Positions 30,440 to 39,393 of a DNA stretch of 64,000 nt are shown piece after piece. Position numbers and translations under genes: made by a program. Source of the DNA: a virus; IMG/VR virus record IMGVR_UViG_3300017774_003070, positions 39,830 to 103,829 of that record; one strand, given 5' to 3'. Below the pieces are notes generated by a model. That model saw nothing but the letters and a program-made list of their open reading frames with translations, did not search any database and was not told the DNA's origin. Positions within the stretch are counted from its first letter, which is position 1, and the number at the start of each line of letters is the position of its first letter.

Positions 30440-30805
30440 TTAATCCAGTATTATTTCACCAATTAATTTATTCTTAGCCTTTGCTCCCTTTGCAGTATAC
30501 AATGTTCCTCCTGTCTTACTACCTTTGAATATAGCTACACAGACATCACACAGTTCAACCATTACATCATTACGAACCAATGGTGCTCTATTGCCATACA
30601 TGTCGTAGTTAGGTCTGTATACACTTACAGGAATAAGTCTAGCCTTAGCCCATCTATCTGCAAACTGATCAGCTCCTTTAGCTCCACCGTGAATTACTTC
30701 TGTAATGTCCAAGTCTTTCCAAACTATAAGATCATTCAGAAAGTCATCAAACTGTTCATAGTCTGATTCAACACACTTTCTACTTCCCGTGATTAATAGT
30801 TTCAT
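30440..30805 (-). CDS. SLOG/YspA-like (DUF2493) nucleotide-binding protein
   Basis: ITGSR...IHGGAKGAD...AP..RN..M...GT. Confidence 0.85.
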   Translation of the reverse strand: MKLLITGSRKCVESDYEQFDDFLNDLIVWKDLDITEVIHGGAKGADQFADRWAKARLIPVSVYRPNYDMYGNRAPLVRNDVMVELCDVCVAIFKGSKTGGTLYTAKGAKAKNKLIGEIILD

Positions 30806-31236
30806 AGATTCAACATTCTTTTAGCCTCATCAAGATTTTGATAATAACTCCTGTGCTTAGAACACTCAGCTACTTGACCAGTTTCAATACAAGTAACTCT
30901 AGCTCCAGCATCTACCTCATTTACTTTCTGATCTTTTCCTCTGAATACTTCTACTGAGTAAGTCCAAGGTTCAAGATTGTGTCTGTAAGCATCAAACAGA
31001 TCCTCGAATACAATACCATCATCTTCAATACAAGTAATCAAGTAATGACTGAAATCGTAATCTTCTGACTTGATCTTACTGATGTACAGATTAGGTCTTA
31101 CACATTCAATTCTAATCTTACCTCGACCCTCTATTCGAGTAAGCTTGTAATAGTTGTTCTCTAACTTACAGTAGTAAGGGAAAGTGACATCTATAAACAC
31201 ATCAGTTATTTGTCTTGTCTTTAGTTTCATTTCCAA
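30802..31236 (-). CDS. Fusion of a phage hypothetical N-domain and a degenerate peptide-release-factor (RF-1/ArfB) domain
   Basis: C-terminus FRGKDQKVNEVDAGARVTCIETGQVAECSKHRSYYQNLDEA aligns by eye with RF domain 3. Confidence 0.6.
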   Translation of the reverse strand: MEMKLKTRQITDVFIDVTFPYYCKLENNYYKLTRIEGRGKIRIECVRPNLYISKIKSEDYDFSHYLITCIEDDGIVFEDLFDAYRHNLEPWTYSVEVFRGKDQKVNEVDAGARVTCIETGQVAECSKHRSYYQNLDEAKRMLNL

Positions 31237-31523
31237 TCATTTTCTCTTGTTGGTAAAAGTCTAGTTAACAACTCATCTAGTTGACCAAAAGGTTTGTACA
31301 TGTTCCAATCATATTTACCATACTGATCAATATCAATTCTGTAACCATCTTTATCAATTAGGTAATAACCAGCCAACTTCTTCTCTCTAATCTGAACTCG
31401 TACATCAAGAAACATAATGATGTTCCAGATACGGTCTACAAGATCACCATGAGCATCATACAAGTCATACCATTCAAGGTAGTTTCCTTTCTCGTCGTAA
31501 ATACAATCACGTATTTCTAACAT
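31227..31523 (-). CDS. Hypothetical protein
   Basis: Packed co-directional ORF. Confidence 0.5.
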   Translation of the reverse strand: MLEIRDCIYDEKGNYLEWYDLYDAHGDLVDRIWNIIMFLDVRVQIREKKLAGYYLIDKDGYRIDIDQYGKYDWNMYKPFGQLDELLTRLLPTRENDWK

Positions 31524-31782
31524 AGCTCTCTTTTAATTCTTCCAACTCACTAGCCAATTCATAACCCCAATCTCGTAGTGCAGAATTAGCAGATCTTAAC
31601 TCTTCTAACTCTTTCTCAATGTCACAGTATTTGTACGCTTCATCAAGGTTCTTTTGCAAATCATATGAATCCCAATCAGAATCAATACGATCCATTGCTT
31701 CTAGAATGTGATCTTTAGCTATTTTCAACCAGCTTATTAGTTGGTTAATGTCAGGACAAGTATAACCTACTGGTGCTTTCAT
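31507..31782 (-). CDS. Hypothetical helical protein
   Basis: TCPDI...ELEELRSANSALRDWG motif seen in phage proteins. Confidence 0.55.
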   Translation of the reverse strand: MKAPVGYTCPDINQLISWLKIAKDHILEAMDRIDSDWDSYDLQKNLDEAYKYCDIEKELEELRSANSALRDWGYELASELEELKESYVRNT

Positions 31783-32078
31783 TTCAAGTAATTGGCAAGT
31801 TTATCAAATTCAGTTACAAATTCTTGCTCAGTAATTTCATCGTAAAGCCCTCTGTAATGTCCGTAGTAAGCAGTAAACTGTTCAAGGGTCATAAGTGTCT
31901 TTGATACACAATTGTTACTCACAGAAGTCAACTGATACTTATGGAACTCTTCTCCCGCCATAGTCAAGTACCAATTACTTTCAATCTTGTGAAACCAATT
32001 GTCTAGTTTCCAAAAAAGAGGAAGCTGTACATCAACCTCCTCTTCTACTACTGTAGTCTTTTTAATTGTTAATCTCAC
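31779..32078 (-). CDS. Hypothetical protein, paralogue of the N-domain of 30802..31236
   Basis: Shared K....E..VDV.[LF]P..[WC]KL.N...K pattern. Confidence 0.55.
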   Translation of the reverse strand: MRLTIKKTTVVEEEVDVQLPLFWKLDNWFHKIESNWYLTMAGEEFHKYQLTSVSNNCVSKTLMTLEQFTAYYGHYRGLYDEITEQEFVTEFDKLANYLK

Positions 32079-32270
32079 TCCAATAGGTTTTAATTACTCT
32101 TCCATTCCTATCTAATAACCTTACTTGCTGCTTCATTTTGTACGGCTTCTTTGGTACTGAGTTCCAGTTGAGTAAAGTTAGGAATGGTAAGGAGAGTAGA
32201 ATGAATATTAGGAAACTCATCATTCATAGTTGTTGTGTCAGCTTAAACCTGACTGTAGTAATACAAAGCA

Positions 32271-32474
32271 TCATTTCTTCTTCTCAATTACTAGTACGAA
32301 ATCCTTATCTTCCACAATTCTCTTACCACTTCTTTCTAGTATTTGCCAGTCAAGTTCAGTAATAATCATTCCAGTTGCAGCCTCAATCTCTTCCTTGGTG
32401 TCAGCAGATGACGTGAAAGGCTTAGGAAAGATCTGTTTAGTGGTTACGGTGTACTTGTACTTCATTTTCCGCAC
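32271..32474 (-). CDS. Hypothetical protein
   Basis: Packed co-directional ORF. Confidence 0.45.
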   Translation of the reverse strand: MRKMKYKYTVTTKQIFPKPFTSSADTKEEIEAATGMIITELDWQILERSGKRIVEDKDFVLVIEKKK

Positions 32475-32785
32475 TTTTCAAATCTAGCAATAGCTTTTGG
32501 ATAAGGCACAAATCGAATCAGAGGCCACGGATCTGTAACATACAATGTATCCTTACGTCCTTTAGTAACCCTGTCATACACACAGCCAGTCTCATAAAAC
32601 ATGGTATCAATACCTTCAATCTTACGAATACAATAAAGTGTATCAGGTGTAGGGTTGCCGTAGATGTTAGTCATAAGTGCGTAGCCTATCTCAGCCTCAT
32701 CTGCCTTGTAATAATCATCTGGTGTGCAAGAAGTAAAGTGAAGAGCTATAATAGCTGCAATCCAAATATTAGTTTTCATGTTCAA
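32462..32785 (-). CDS. Putative lipoprotein
   Basis: MKTNIWIAAIIALHFTS-C lipobox followed by an acidic stretch. Confidence 0.65.
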   Translation of the reverse strand: MNMKTNIWIAAIIALHFTSCTPDDYYKADEAEIGYALMTNIYGNPTPDTLYCIRKIEGIDTMFYETGCVYDRVTKGRKDTLYVTDPWPLIRFVPYPKAIARFEKCGK

Positions 32786-32990
32786 TTAGTTTATAAGTGT
32801 AGTCGTGAGGAATGTAATTCTTAATCTTAGTCTCTGCTTCAACTTCTGTCTTAGCAGTTATACGTTTCGTGTAGATGTACTGATTCTTATTGTCATAGAC
32901 TTGGAATGAGTACGTTGTAGCAGGTCGTTTCAAGCATATCCATAGGAAGAAGATTGAAGCTGCTACTGCTAAAATAATTACTATTGTCAT
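32769..32990 (-). CDS. Small membrane-anchored protein
   Basis: N-terminal hydrophobic helix. Confidence 0.55.
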   Translation of the reverse strand: MTIVIILAVAASIFFLWICLKRPATTYSFQVYDNKNQYIYTKRITAKTEVEAETKIKNYIPHDYTYKLIEHEN

Positions 32991-33046
32991 TGATTTAAAT
33001 TAAAAAGGATTTTGTTGAATGTTCAACTCTTTCCATTGTGTTTTTA

Positions 33047-33082
33047 CAAAACAAAAAGGGAGTCAGCGTTAACCAACTCCCT
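33047..33082 (-). terminator. Intrinsic terminator downstream of the tRNA-like RNA
   Basis: AGGGAGT/ACTCCCT stem followed by a T-run on the minus strand. Confidence 0.7.
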
Positions 33083-33119
33083 ACACCATGAATTAAATAT
33101 CAACCGCGAAGTTGTATTA

Positions 33120-33218
33120 GAAGGCTTTTCAGGACTCGAACCTGAATCATTGTACTATAGTTCCCTATAGCCCGATTTGACTTTAACTTGTACAACTTAC
33201 CCTAGCCTTGGGAGCCTC
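33120..33218 (-). ncRNA. tRNA-like RNA with expanded anticodon loop
   Basis: Perfect T arm TCAGG-TTCGAGT-CCTGA; GAGGCT/AGCCTT acceptor-like stem; CCC/GGG D-like stem; TTGTAC/GTACAA stem enclosing about 34 nt with a GGAA-tetraloop hairpin. Confidence 0.65.
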
Positions 33219-33241
33219 AAACGACCAACCTTATTTTATTG

Positions 33242-33249
33242 CAAAACTA
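33242..33249 (-). promoter_or_regulatory. Bacteroidota -7 promoter element upstream of the tRNA-like RNA
   Basis: TAGTTTTG on the minus strand; no well-spaced -33 element. Confidence 0.45.
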
Positions 33250-33362
33250 AACTAAATTTATCAAGCTTCCTTATCTGGACTAAAAATAATCTTAAGAAAA
33301 GCTAGTAATACAAAAAGTGCTATTGCTGACCAAATCATTCTTTGATGTATTTAATACCTGAC

Positions 33363-33698
33363 TCAGATAACTGATTCAAGTACATTTTTGATTTGTGATT
33401 CAGTTGTAATTCTTTTACCTAATCGTTTAACTACTCCTTCTACATACTTCTGACGTTGAGGATTAGAAGAATAAAGATCTTCTGGTTCAACACTGAGCAA
33501 GTAGAATTCAAGTGAAGAGATGTTCAGAGCCATGCAGATTCTACAAATAGCATCAAACCTTGGAATAGCATTACCCTTCTCAAATTGACTAATGCTTACT
33601 GAAGATTTGAAGTTACTGAGAGTTGCAAGCTCTTGTTGAGTCATCTTTGCGTTATCGCGTAGATGCTTAATTGTTTTTGCAAAATTCATGTTGTGCAA
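33363..33698 (-). CDS. XRE-family helix-turn-helix regulator
   Basis: IKHLR....MTQQELA.....S..SISQFEKG...P......IC.AL. Confidence 0.9.
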   Translation of the reverse strand: MHNMNFAKTIKHLRDNAKMTQQELATLSNFKSSVSISQFEKGNAIPRFDAICRICMALNISSLEFYLLSVEPEDLYSSNPQRQKYVEGVVKRLGKRITTESQIKNVLESVI

Positions 33699-33713
33699 TT
33701 AGATAGAATGAAC

Positions 33714-33778
33714 TACCTTTGATGAATGAAAAAGTTAATAATCATTTTAGGAGTTGTCATTGTTGTAGGCTATCTTTG
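33714..33778 (+). promoter_or_regulatory. Two Bacteroidota -7 elements divergent from the XRE gene
   Basis: TACCTTTG (33714-33721) and TATCTTTG (33771-33778). Confidence 0.5.
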
Positions 33779-33841
33779 TTTCATTCTTCTCAAGAAGATG
33801 TTTATCACATTTACAAACATGGTCTTAGACGCAATCTGGAG

Positions 33842-34054
33842 ATGAAATATGTAACCTTAACTAATGACATGATAAAGCTTTCAAGACTTGCTAACGTACT
33901 TGCAGCTAATGGGTTTACTGTAGAACTACAATTCTCTAACCTAGCTATCACTGTACCATACCAATACAACTTGAATAGTTTCATTAATAGATTACCAATT
34001 ACTAACAGATTTGTAGTAAGAGATCGACAATTAAATATTGAATTGAATGGATAA
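33842..34054 (+). CDS. Hypothetical protein
   Basis: Probable start MKYVTLTND downstream of the promoter; overlaps next ORF. Confidence 0.5.
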   Translation: MKYVTLTNDMIKLSRLANVLAANGFTVELQFSNLAITVPYQYNLNSFINRLPITNRFVVRDRQLNIELNG

Positions 34055-34292
34055 TTTGACAGAGTTGATTGAACTCAATGAGGATAAGCTAAAAGAACAT
34101 GCAGACCTCATTAAAGAATGTAAGCAGGAACTCAAAGAGGTACGAATTAGAATTAGTAGGATAACAAGTGAGTTGAATGGAGAATTATCCGAAGAGAAAC
34201 AATTAGAGACTCGCCTGAATAGACTAAGCCTTCAAAAATCATTCCTCTCCGGTTTGGTAGAAGGTCTGGAGAAGAGGGTGGAGGGGATCTGA
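34047..34292 (+). CDS. Coiled-coil protein
   Basis: Heptad-rich; followed by a hairpin at about 34276-34310. Confidence 0.55.
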   Translation: MDNLTELIELNEDKLKEHADLIKECKQELKEVRIRISRITSELNGELSEEKQLETRLNRLSLQKSFLSGLVEGLEKRVEGI

Positions 34293-34454
34293 CCTCTCCT
34301 TCATCCTTCTAAATTAACTGCCCTACTTGTTTACCAGAATCTCTTGCCCAACTACATTTCAACTTTGTAGCTCTAGCAATTGCCTCAAACATAGTTGAAC
34401 ATTCTGAGATGATTAGTCCATCACTGGTATAGATTTTAAATGGAAATGAGTCTT

Positions 34455-34772
34455 TCATAAATCCTCTATTGTAATACCTTTAGGAAGTACAAATAAGCCC
34501 CAATCTTCGCTGTATTGATCAATTGAAGCTACACTCAACATACCTTTAAGACAGCTTTGATTAGATGCATACCTGAGATAAATTTGATTATTCTCGATTG
34601 CTAATAAGGTCATAGGTTCTTCGTATCCACGAAATTGTACTTCTTCAGTTCTCATTGAGATACCTAAATTCTCATTGTGAACTACTTTGTACACAGGTTT
34701 CAACCTAATAATCACATCTCCTGGTTTAAAGCAAAAGATAGATTGTCCTTCTTTTTCAAATAGTTCTTTCAT
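34455..34772 (-). CDS. Hypothetical protein
   Basis: ATGA overlap with upstream gene. Confidence 0.5.
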   Translation of the reverse strand: MKELFEKEGQSIFCFKPGDVIIRLKPVYKVVHNENLGISMRTEEVQFRGYEEPMTLLAIENNQIYLRYASNQSCLKGMLSVASIDQYSEDWGLFVLPKGITIEDL

Positions 34773-35872
34773 ACTACAGATAATTCATTATTGATTTCAT
34801 CAAGAACAGAATTGTAGTTAGTTTCAGCTAAGTTAGCTTCCTTCTGTGCATGTTTATTCAACTCTTTCAAGTCTTTAACTTCCCTAGCAAGAACAGGATA
34901 TATACGACCAGGATTGTCAGCATCAAATCCATACGTGTTAGCCTCAATAGTACGAATCCTCTTCTCATTAGTCTCAATCTTCCGCATAGCTTCTGAAATA
35001 CCCGCCTTTGCATTCTCCCACTCTTCTCTAAAAGTCAATGCTTCTGTAACTAGACTGCCTATTGATCTTTTGAATGTAGGATTCACTAAAAGTCTGTGGT
35101 GTAATCTCTGTCTATCTACTTGAAAGTTCTCCACTAAATAGTTCTCCACATCAACTTTTTCAGGATCGAATGTAACTGGTACTGGAAGAGTTGTAATCAA
35201 TCCAGAATCATTGTTGTCAGTGTCATCGTCAATGCCTGCGTCGTCATCTGTATCAGAGTCAGACGCTTGAGCTAAAGGGTCAGTCACACCTCCAGGATCA
35301 TCTTTCTTTTTACGTGTGCTCGCCGTCGCAAGGTAAAACACTACAATAACATGGATAAGAAATATCCAGCAAGTAATGTGAATCATTCCAGACTTAATCC
35401 TACCCAATTGAAAAGTAAAGAAGTATTCAACATCTCTAAATCCTTTCAGTGATGTAGCTATGTATGCCACGTTAGCAAACGCAGGAAGAATAGTCAAGGC
35501 TACTGACAGCACAGCATCTGCACATTCAGCAACTACATCCTCACCTAGTTCAATAGCCTTCTTAGCTTCTTTAATCTGATCTCCAATCTGAAACCCAGAG
35601 AATGCAGACACTAAGATCAATGCTACGTGACCAGTCAATCTAACTCCATAAGGAAGTGCAAATAGCTCTACGCTAATTGCAGCAGCCATCATTCCTTCAG
35701 ACAATCCTAATGCTCCTTGAGATATTTCAATACCCAGGAATCTCTTTTTCTTAAACGTTTCTATCAACGCTTTCCCATCTGACTTAGATCTCATAGCTAT
35801 CACAAGGATAATTATGAAACCAAAAAGTACAGACATGGGGATTATACTATTAAACAGTCCTTCTAATCCCAT
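34769..35872 (-). CDS. Multi-pass membrane protein with acidic linker and C-terminal coiled coil
   Basis: About 5 hydrophobic segments, Asp-rich linker, heptad C-terminus. Confidence 0.65.
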   Translation of the reverse strand: MGLEGLFNSIIPMSVLFGFIIILVIAMRSKSDGKALIETFKKKRFLGIEISQGALGLSEGMMAAAISVELFALPYGVRLTGHVALILVSAFSGFQIGDQIKEAKKAIELGEDVVAECADAVLSVALTILPAFANVAYIATSLKGFRDVEYFFTFQLGRIKSGMIHITCWIFLIHVIVVFYLATASTRKKKDDPGGVTDPLAQASDSDTDDDAGIDDDTDNNDSGLITTLPVPVTFDPEKVDVENYLVENFQVDRQRLHHRLLVNPTFKRSIGSLVTEALTFREEWENAKAGISEAMRKIETNEKRIRTIEANTYGFDADNPGRIYPVLAREVKDLKELNKHAQKEANLAETNYNSVLDEINNELSVV

Positions 35873-35881
35873 TTTCTAAAT

Positions 35882-36226
35882 TTATTCAACTGAATCAATC
35901 TTTTCTACATATCCATTACTGACAATGTATTTGTTACTGAGATACTTAGCAAACAGTGAGCTGTGGTCTTTGGCAAACTCAATCATCTCACTTGGTAAGA
36001 TTTCACGTAAGTCTTCTATGGCTGCCACAGAGTCTACGGGAATAGTGTCTATTCTATTAAAACTAGTAGCAATAGCAGTGTAGTCAAATGTAGAACTTAC
36101 AGGTTGAGGTTCATTACCACATCCTCTATTACATTGATACAGTAGAAACATTATAAAGGCTATTGGAGCTACAGTTTTAAGTGTCTTAGCTGTTAGCCAT
36201 CCTGTGAAGTAAGTTGTTATGTTCAT
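35882..36226 (-). CDS. Membrane-anchored protein
   Basis: N-terminal hydrophobic helix followed by QCNRGC. Confidence 0.55.
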   Translation of the reverse strand: MNITTYFTGWLTAKTLKTVAPIAFIMFLLYQCNRGCGNEPQPVSSTFDYTAIATSFNRIDTIPVDSVAAIEDLREILPSEMIEFAKDHSSLFAKYLSNKYIVSNGYVEKIDSVE

Positions 36227-36231
36227 CTTAT

Positions 36232-36585
36232 TTAGTTTATGAATTCTAGTTCTAAATTGTTTTGCTTGAACAGCTTAGTCAATTCCTCCTCTCGTGCTTT
36301 ATCACTATAGCTTGGATCATCATTGACTGCCATTGCCTTAATAGATAGACTTGTATCAAGAAAACCTTCAAAACTTCTTCTTACAAAACTACTATTGAGA
36401 TCAACATCTTGAGGAATTTCAATACTCAATAGTCTATCTTTACTAATTCCTTCTTGAAGTAAGCATTGACCTAGACAACACATAAAACCTTTAGGGTTCA
36501 ACAGGTACGTATATCCAAACTTATCATTAGATTCCTTTGAATCACCACCACGTCTCCAAGTCTGTCGATCTATTGTGTATTTCAT
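36232..36585 (-). CDS. Conserved phage hypothetical protein
   Basis: IDR.TWRRG...LLN..G.MCCLG motif. Confidence 0.55.
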   Translation of the reverse strand: MKYTIDRQTWRRGGDSKESNDKFGYTYLLNPKGFMCCLGQCLLQEGISKDRLLSIEIPQDVDLNSSFVRRSFEGFLDTSLSIKAMAVNDDPSYSDKAREEELTKLFKQNNLELEFIN

Positions 36586-36830
36586 TGTAGTATTTTACTT
36601 AGTTTAATAATGTCTTGTGGTGAACCTTCTATAATTGAACAATACAATTCATCCATTTCAAGGTCAACAGAATACACTTCAATATGATTGTTACTTTTAC
36701 TGTACTCTACTACATTCTTAACAGTGAATTCAATAGAGTACAGCTTAGTTTTAAACTCATCATTAATTATTTCATATTGCAGTTCACCAAAGAACATTTC
36801 AAAAATTGCTGTTAAAGTTTCTACTTTCAT
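36582..36830 (-). CDS. Hypothetical protein
   Basis: ATGA-coupled. Confidence 0.5.
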   Translation of the reverse strand: MKVETLTAIFEMFFGELQYEIINDEFKTKLYSIEFTVKNVVEYSKSNNHIEVYSVDLEMDELYCSIIEGSPQDIIKLSKILQ

Positions 36831-37105
36831 ATCACTACAGTTTTGCGAGTTGTAAGTATTTGTACAAGCCTGAACTTACGATTGTGCTCATCTCTTGATG
36901 CAGCTTTTTCTATTGCAAGTAAAGCTTTTCTAAGATCATAAGTTCCACTATTTCCAGTTTCTTGCCAGCATAGTTCTGCACCAGTGAAATAACGTTCATT
37001 TTCAGTGGAGAATACCCAATTACGTTCAATATCTTCTTTTCCGATCCAGAGGTGTTGAATAGCGTAGAAAGAGAACTCTCCATCTTGTCTTGGTATTGCC
37101 ATCAT
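36827..37105 (-). CDS. Hypothetical protein
   Basis: ATGA-coupled. Confidence 0.5.
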   Translation of the reverse strand: MMAIPRQDGEFSFYAIQHLWIGKEDIERNWVFSTENERYFTGAELCWQETGNSGTYDLRKALLAIEKAASRDEHNRKFRLVQILTTRKTVVI

Positions 37106-37116
37106 AGTTTTAAATT

Positions 37117-37521
37117 TTAAACGCCTCTCATTCTCTTGTAAGCGATAGAGAAGTCTTCAAAGATGTCAGCTTCCTGCACCTTACTAATCAACTCCATTGC
37201 AGAGATTGATCCAAACTTAGTGTACTCATCAATAAGATAGCCATTCTTAGCTTCCACTACAAACATTTCACTATAGACTTCAATTACAAGAAAACCACAC
37301 TCGACGTAATAAACATAATCGTCACCAACTTTCCACAACTCTTGAAACTTCACACCAACAAGATGGATGTTCTTATGACCTTCTGAAATAATGAGATGTC
37401 TTGATGAGGTGATACATTCGTGTAATCTATCCTGCATTATGCGAAGAGTCTCACTATCCATAGGTTCTTCTTTCAATATTTGCCGTGGGAGTCTGAATGG
37501 TTCAGAGGCAGTTGAAGTCAC
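37117..37521 (-). CDS. Hypothetical protein
   Basis: Co-directional ORF; start uncertain. Confidence 0.45.
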   Translation of the reverse strand: MTSTASEPFRLPRQILKEEPMDSETLRIMQDRLHECITSSRHLIISEGHKNIHLVGVKFQELWKVGDDYVYYVECGFLVIEVYSEMFVVEAKNGYLIDEYTKFGSISAMELISKVQEADIFEDFSIAYKRMRGV

Positions 37522-37697
37522 GATTGATGTTGTATCTAATCATACTTCCAATTCTCATGTCTGGATAAGACTCAAGTAAATTTAACCAAGAGTTGAACAT
37601 TTCAGTCAACGTTTTAGTTTCATCTACTTTTGATCTAGTATTGCTCCATACAGACATAGGATTTGTGTGAAAAGCTTCTGCTAGTTTATTGTATGCA

Positions 37698-38231
37698 TTA
37701 CTTGCTTTCATGTTGTCGTTGTTTAAATTCCAAAGGATCAATGATTGGATATTCAAAGAATTCCTCTTTCGGATCAATGTTACTATCCAACTCTTCCAAC
37801 AAGCTAGGGTCAACTCCATACTTCTTAGCGTCTTCTTGAACTAACTTCTCATGCTTTCTCAACACAAACCATTGTTTCTGATTCTTATTTGCTGCTACAA
37901 TGTCAAGTTCTTTAGCCGTGTACATTGAGCTGAACTTAGACATCAAGAACTTACGATAAACTTTCATTGGAGGACGTAACTGTACCATGTGGAACTCACC
38001 ATAAAGGGGATCGCCAACTAAGTATTCTGCTATAAAGTACGGACGACTCTTAGCATGATCTAGTATTTGAATTGAGTTGTCTATCTGTCTGAAATTGTAG
38101 CACAAGAATAAGCCTTCACGATCCTCGTGCATTGCTCCGTAAGTTACATTCTCAGTCAAGAACTTTCTCACATTGTCAGGTGTGTCCAGTAGTAAGAGTG
38201 ATCTTACTAAGTATTTCTGTGTCTTATTCAT
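37698..38231 (-). CDS. Hypothetical protein (crAss-like replication block)
   Basis: Probable start MNKTQKY by ATGA overlap; F..SKFS.MY motif. Confidence 0.55.
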   Translation of the reverse strand: MNKTQKYLVRSLLLLDTPDNVRKFLTENVTYGAMHEDREGLFLCYNFRQIDNSIQILDHAKSRPYFIAEYLVGDPLYGEFHMVQLRPPMKVYRKFLMSKFSSMYTAKELDIVAANKNQKQWFVLRKHEKLVQEDAKKYGVDPSLLEELDSNIDPKEEFFEYPIIDPLEFKQRQHESK

Positions 38232-38551
38232 AGAAGCTCTTCTTCCTTTACAACGTGATAAACAGTAATTGAATTGATAGAATGAACTCCATTTTCCCAA
38301 GAAGGAACACAATCTTGGAAGTAATTAAATGCGTCTGTATCTATAAAGTCAGGGTATAACTCTTCTAATGTAGGACTATCTGAATGATCACATTCCCAAT
38401 TGTATTCATTCTTACAGTTTTTAATTGCTTCAATAATTGGACGAAAACTATCCAGATCTTCTTTATCAATATCTGTAATCTCCGTTACGTAATCAGCATC
38501 ATTTGTATCTGCTTCAATTACGAGTTTGTATTTTATATTCGCCATCCCCAA
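38228..38551 (-). CDS. Conserved phage hypothetical protein
   Basis: IEADTNDADYV...GVHSI.SI pattern. Confidence 0.55.
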   Translation of the reverse strand: MGMANIKYKLVIEADTNDADYVTEITDIDKEDLDSFRPIIEAIKNCKNEYNWECDHSDSPTLEELYPDFIDTDAFNYFQDCVPSWENGVHSINSITVYHVVKEEELL

Positions 38552-39393
38552 TTAGTTTTAGTAAGGTTAATAATGTCATTGTCATACAACTCCTTAGCAT
38601 ACCACACATTATTGTCACGATGCCACTTGTACAGATTCACAAGATCAATCACTTTAGATTCAGCTTCAGTAATGTCCCACTTGAATAGTTTAGCAGGTTC
38701 AGGAGTAAGTACAGGAACTACATAGTATCCACCAAACTCAATGTTAGGATACACGGTTTTAATAGCCATATCATACCATACAGCCTGAACGTCATAGCCA
38801 AAATCATCAATAGACTTAGGCCAATCAAGCAAACTCTTAGTAGTACTCTTGATGTCAAACCACTGATAGTTCACTACATCCAGCAAAGCCTTACATTGCT
38901 CCCCCATGAATTCAAATTCAATCCACTCTTGAAACACTGCTCCTTCTGTGATGAATCTGTGGTCTACAGTTGACAACTTCTTACGTACAATGTCTACTGA
39001 CTTCTTATCAACTAGAGTCTTTCCAGAGTTACCAGTTAAGTCTTCATAGTATTGACGTAGCTTGAGTAGTTCTCCGTGACGTGAATCAACTGATCTATTC
39101 TCATGGAAGTCAACACAGTACTCTTTAATCTGCTCATCCGTCATTTCGTCTAAGCTAATACCATCTTCAACTAACTCCTTGATAATGTCAGCAGCTTTCC
39201 CCTTTGGAACTTTGCCAATCACAAACAGTTGGTCAAACAACTCTGGATAGCACATTTCCACCTCAAGTATGTTACCTAGTGTCATTCCATCATTGACATT
39301 CACTTTCTTAAAACCAGTTCTAATCTGATTAAGTTTAGATTGATTAAGGCTTTGTGATTGTCTGTATGCTTTTGTTTTCTCTATTACGTTCAT
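38533..39393 (-). CDS. RecE/exonuclease VIII-like PD-(D/E)xK nuclease
   Basis: CKALLD...FDIKST...YDVQAVWY; start set by ATGA overlap. Confidence 0.8.
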   Translation of the reverse strand: MNVIEKTKAYRQSQSLNQSKLNQIRTGFKKVNVNDGMTLGNILEVEMCYPELFDQLFVIGKVPKGKAADIIKELVEDGISLDEMTDEQIKEYCVDFHENRSVDSRHGELLKLRQYYEDLTGNSGKTLVDKKSVDIVRKKLSTVDHRFITEGAVFQEWIEFEFMGEQCKALLDVVNYQWFDIKSTTKSLLDWPKSIDDFGYDVQAVWYDMAIKTVYPNIEFGGYYVVPVLTPEPAKLFKWDITEAESKVIDLVNLYKWHRDNNVWYAKELYDNDIINLTKTNWGWRI

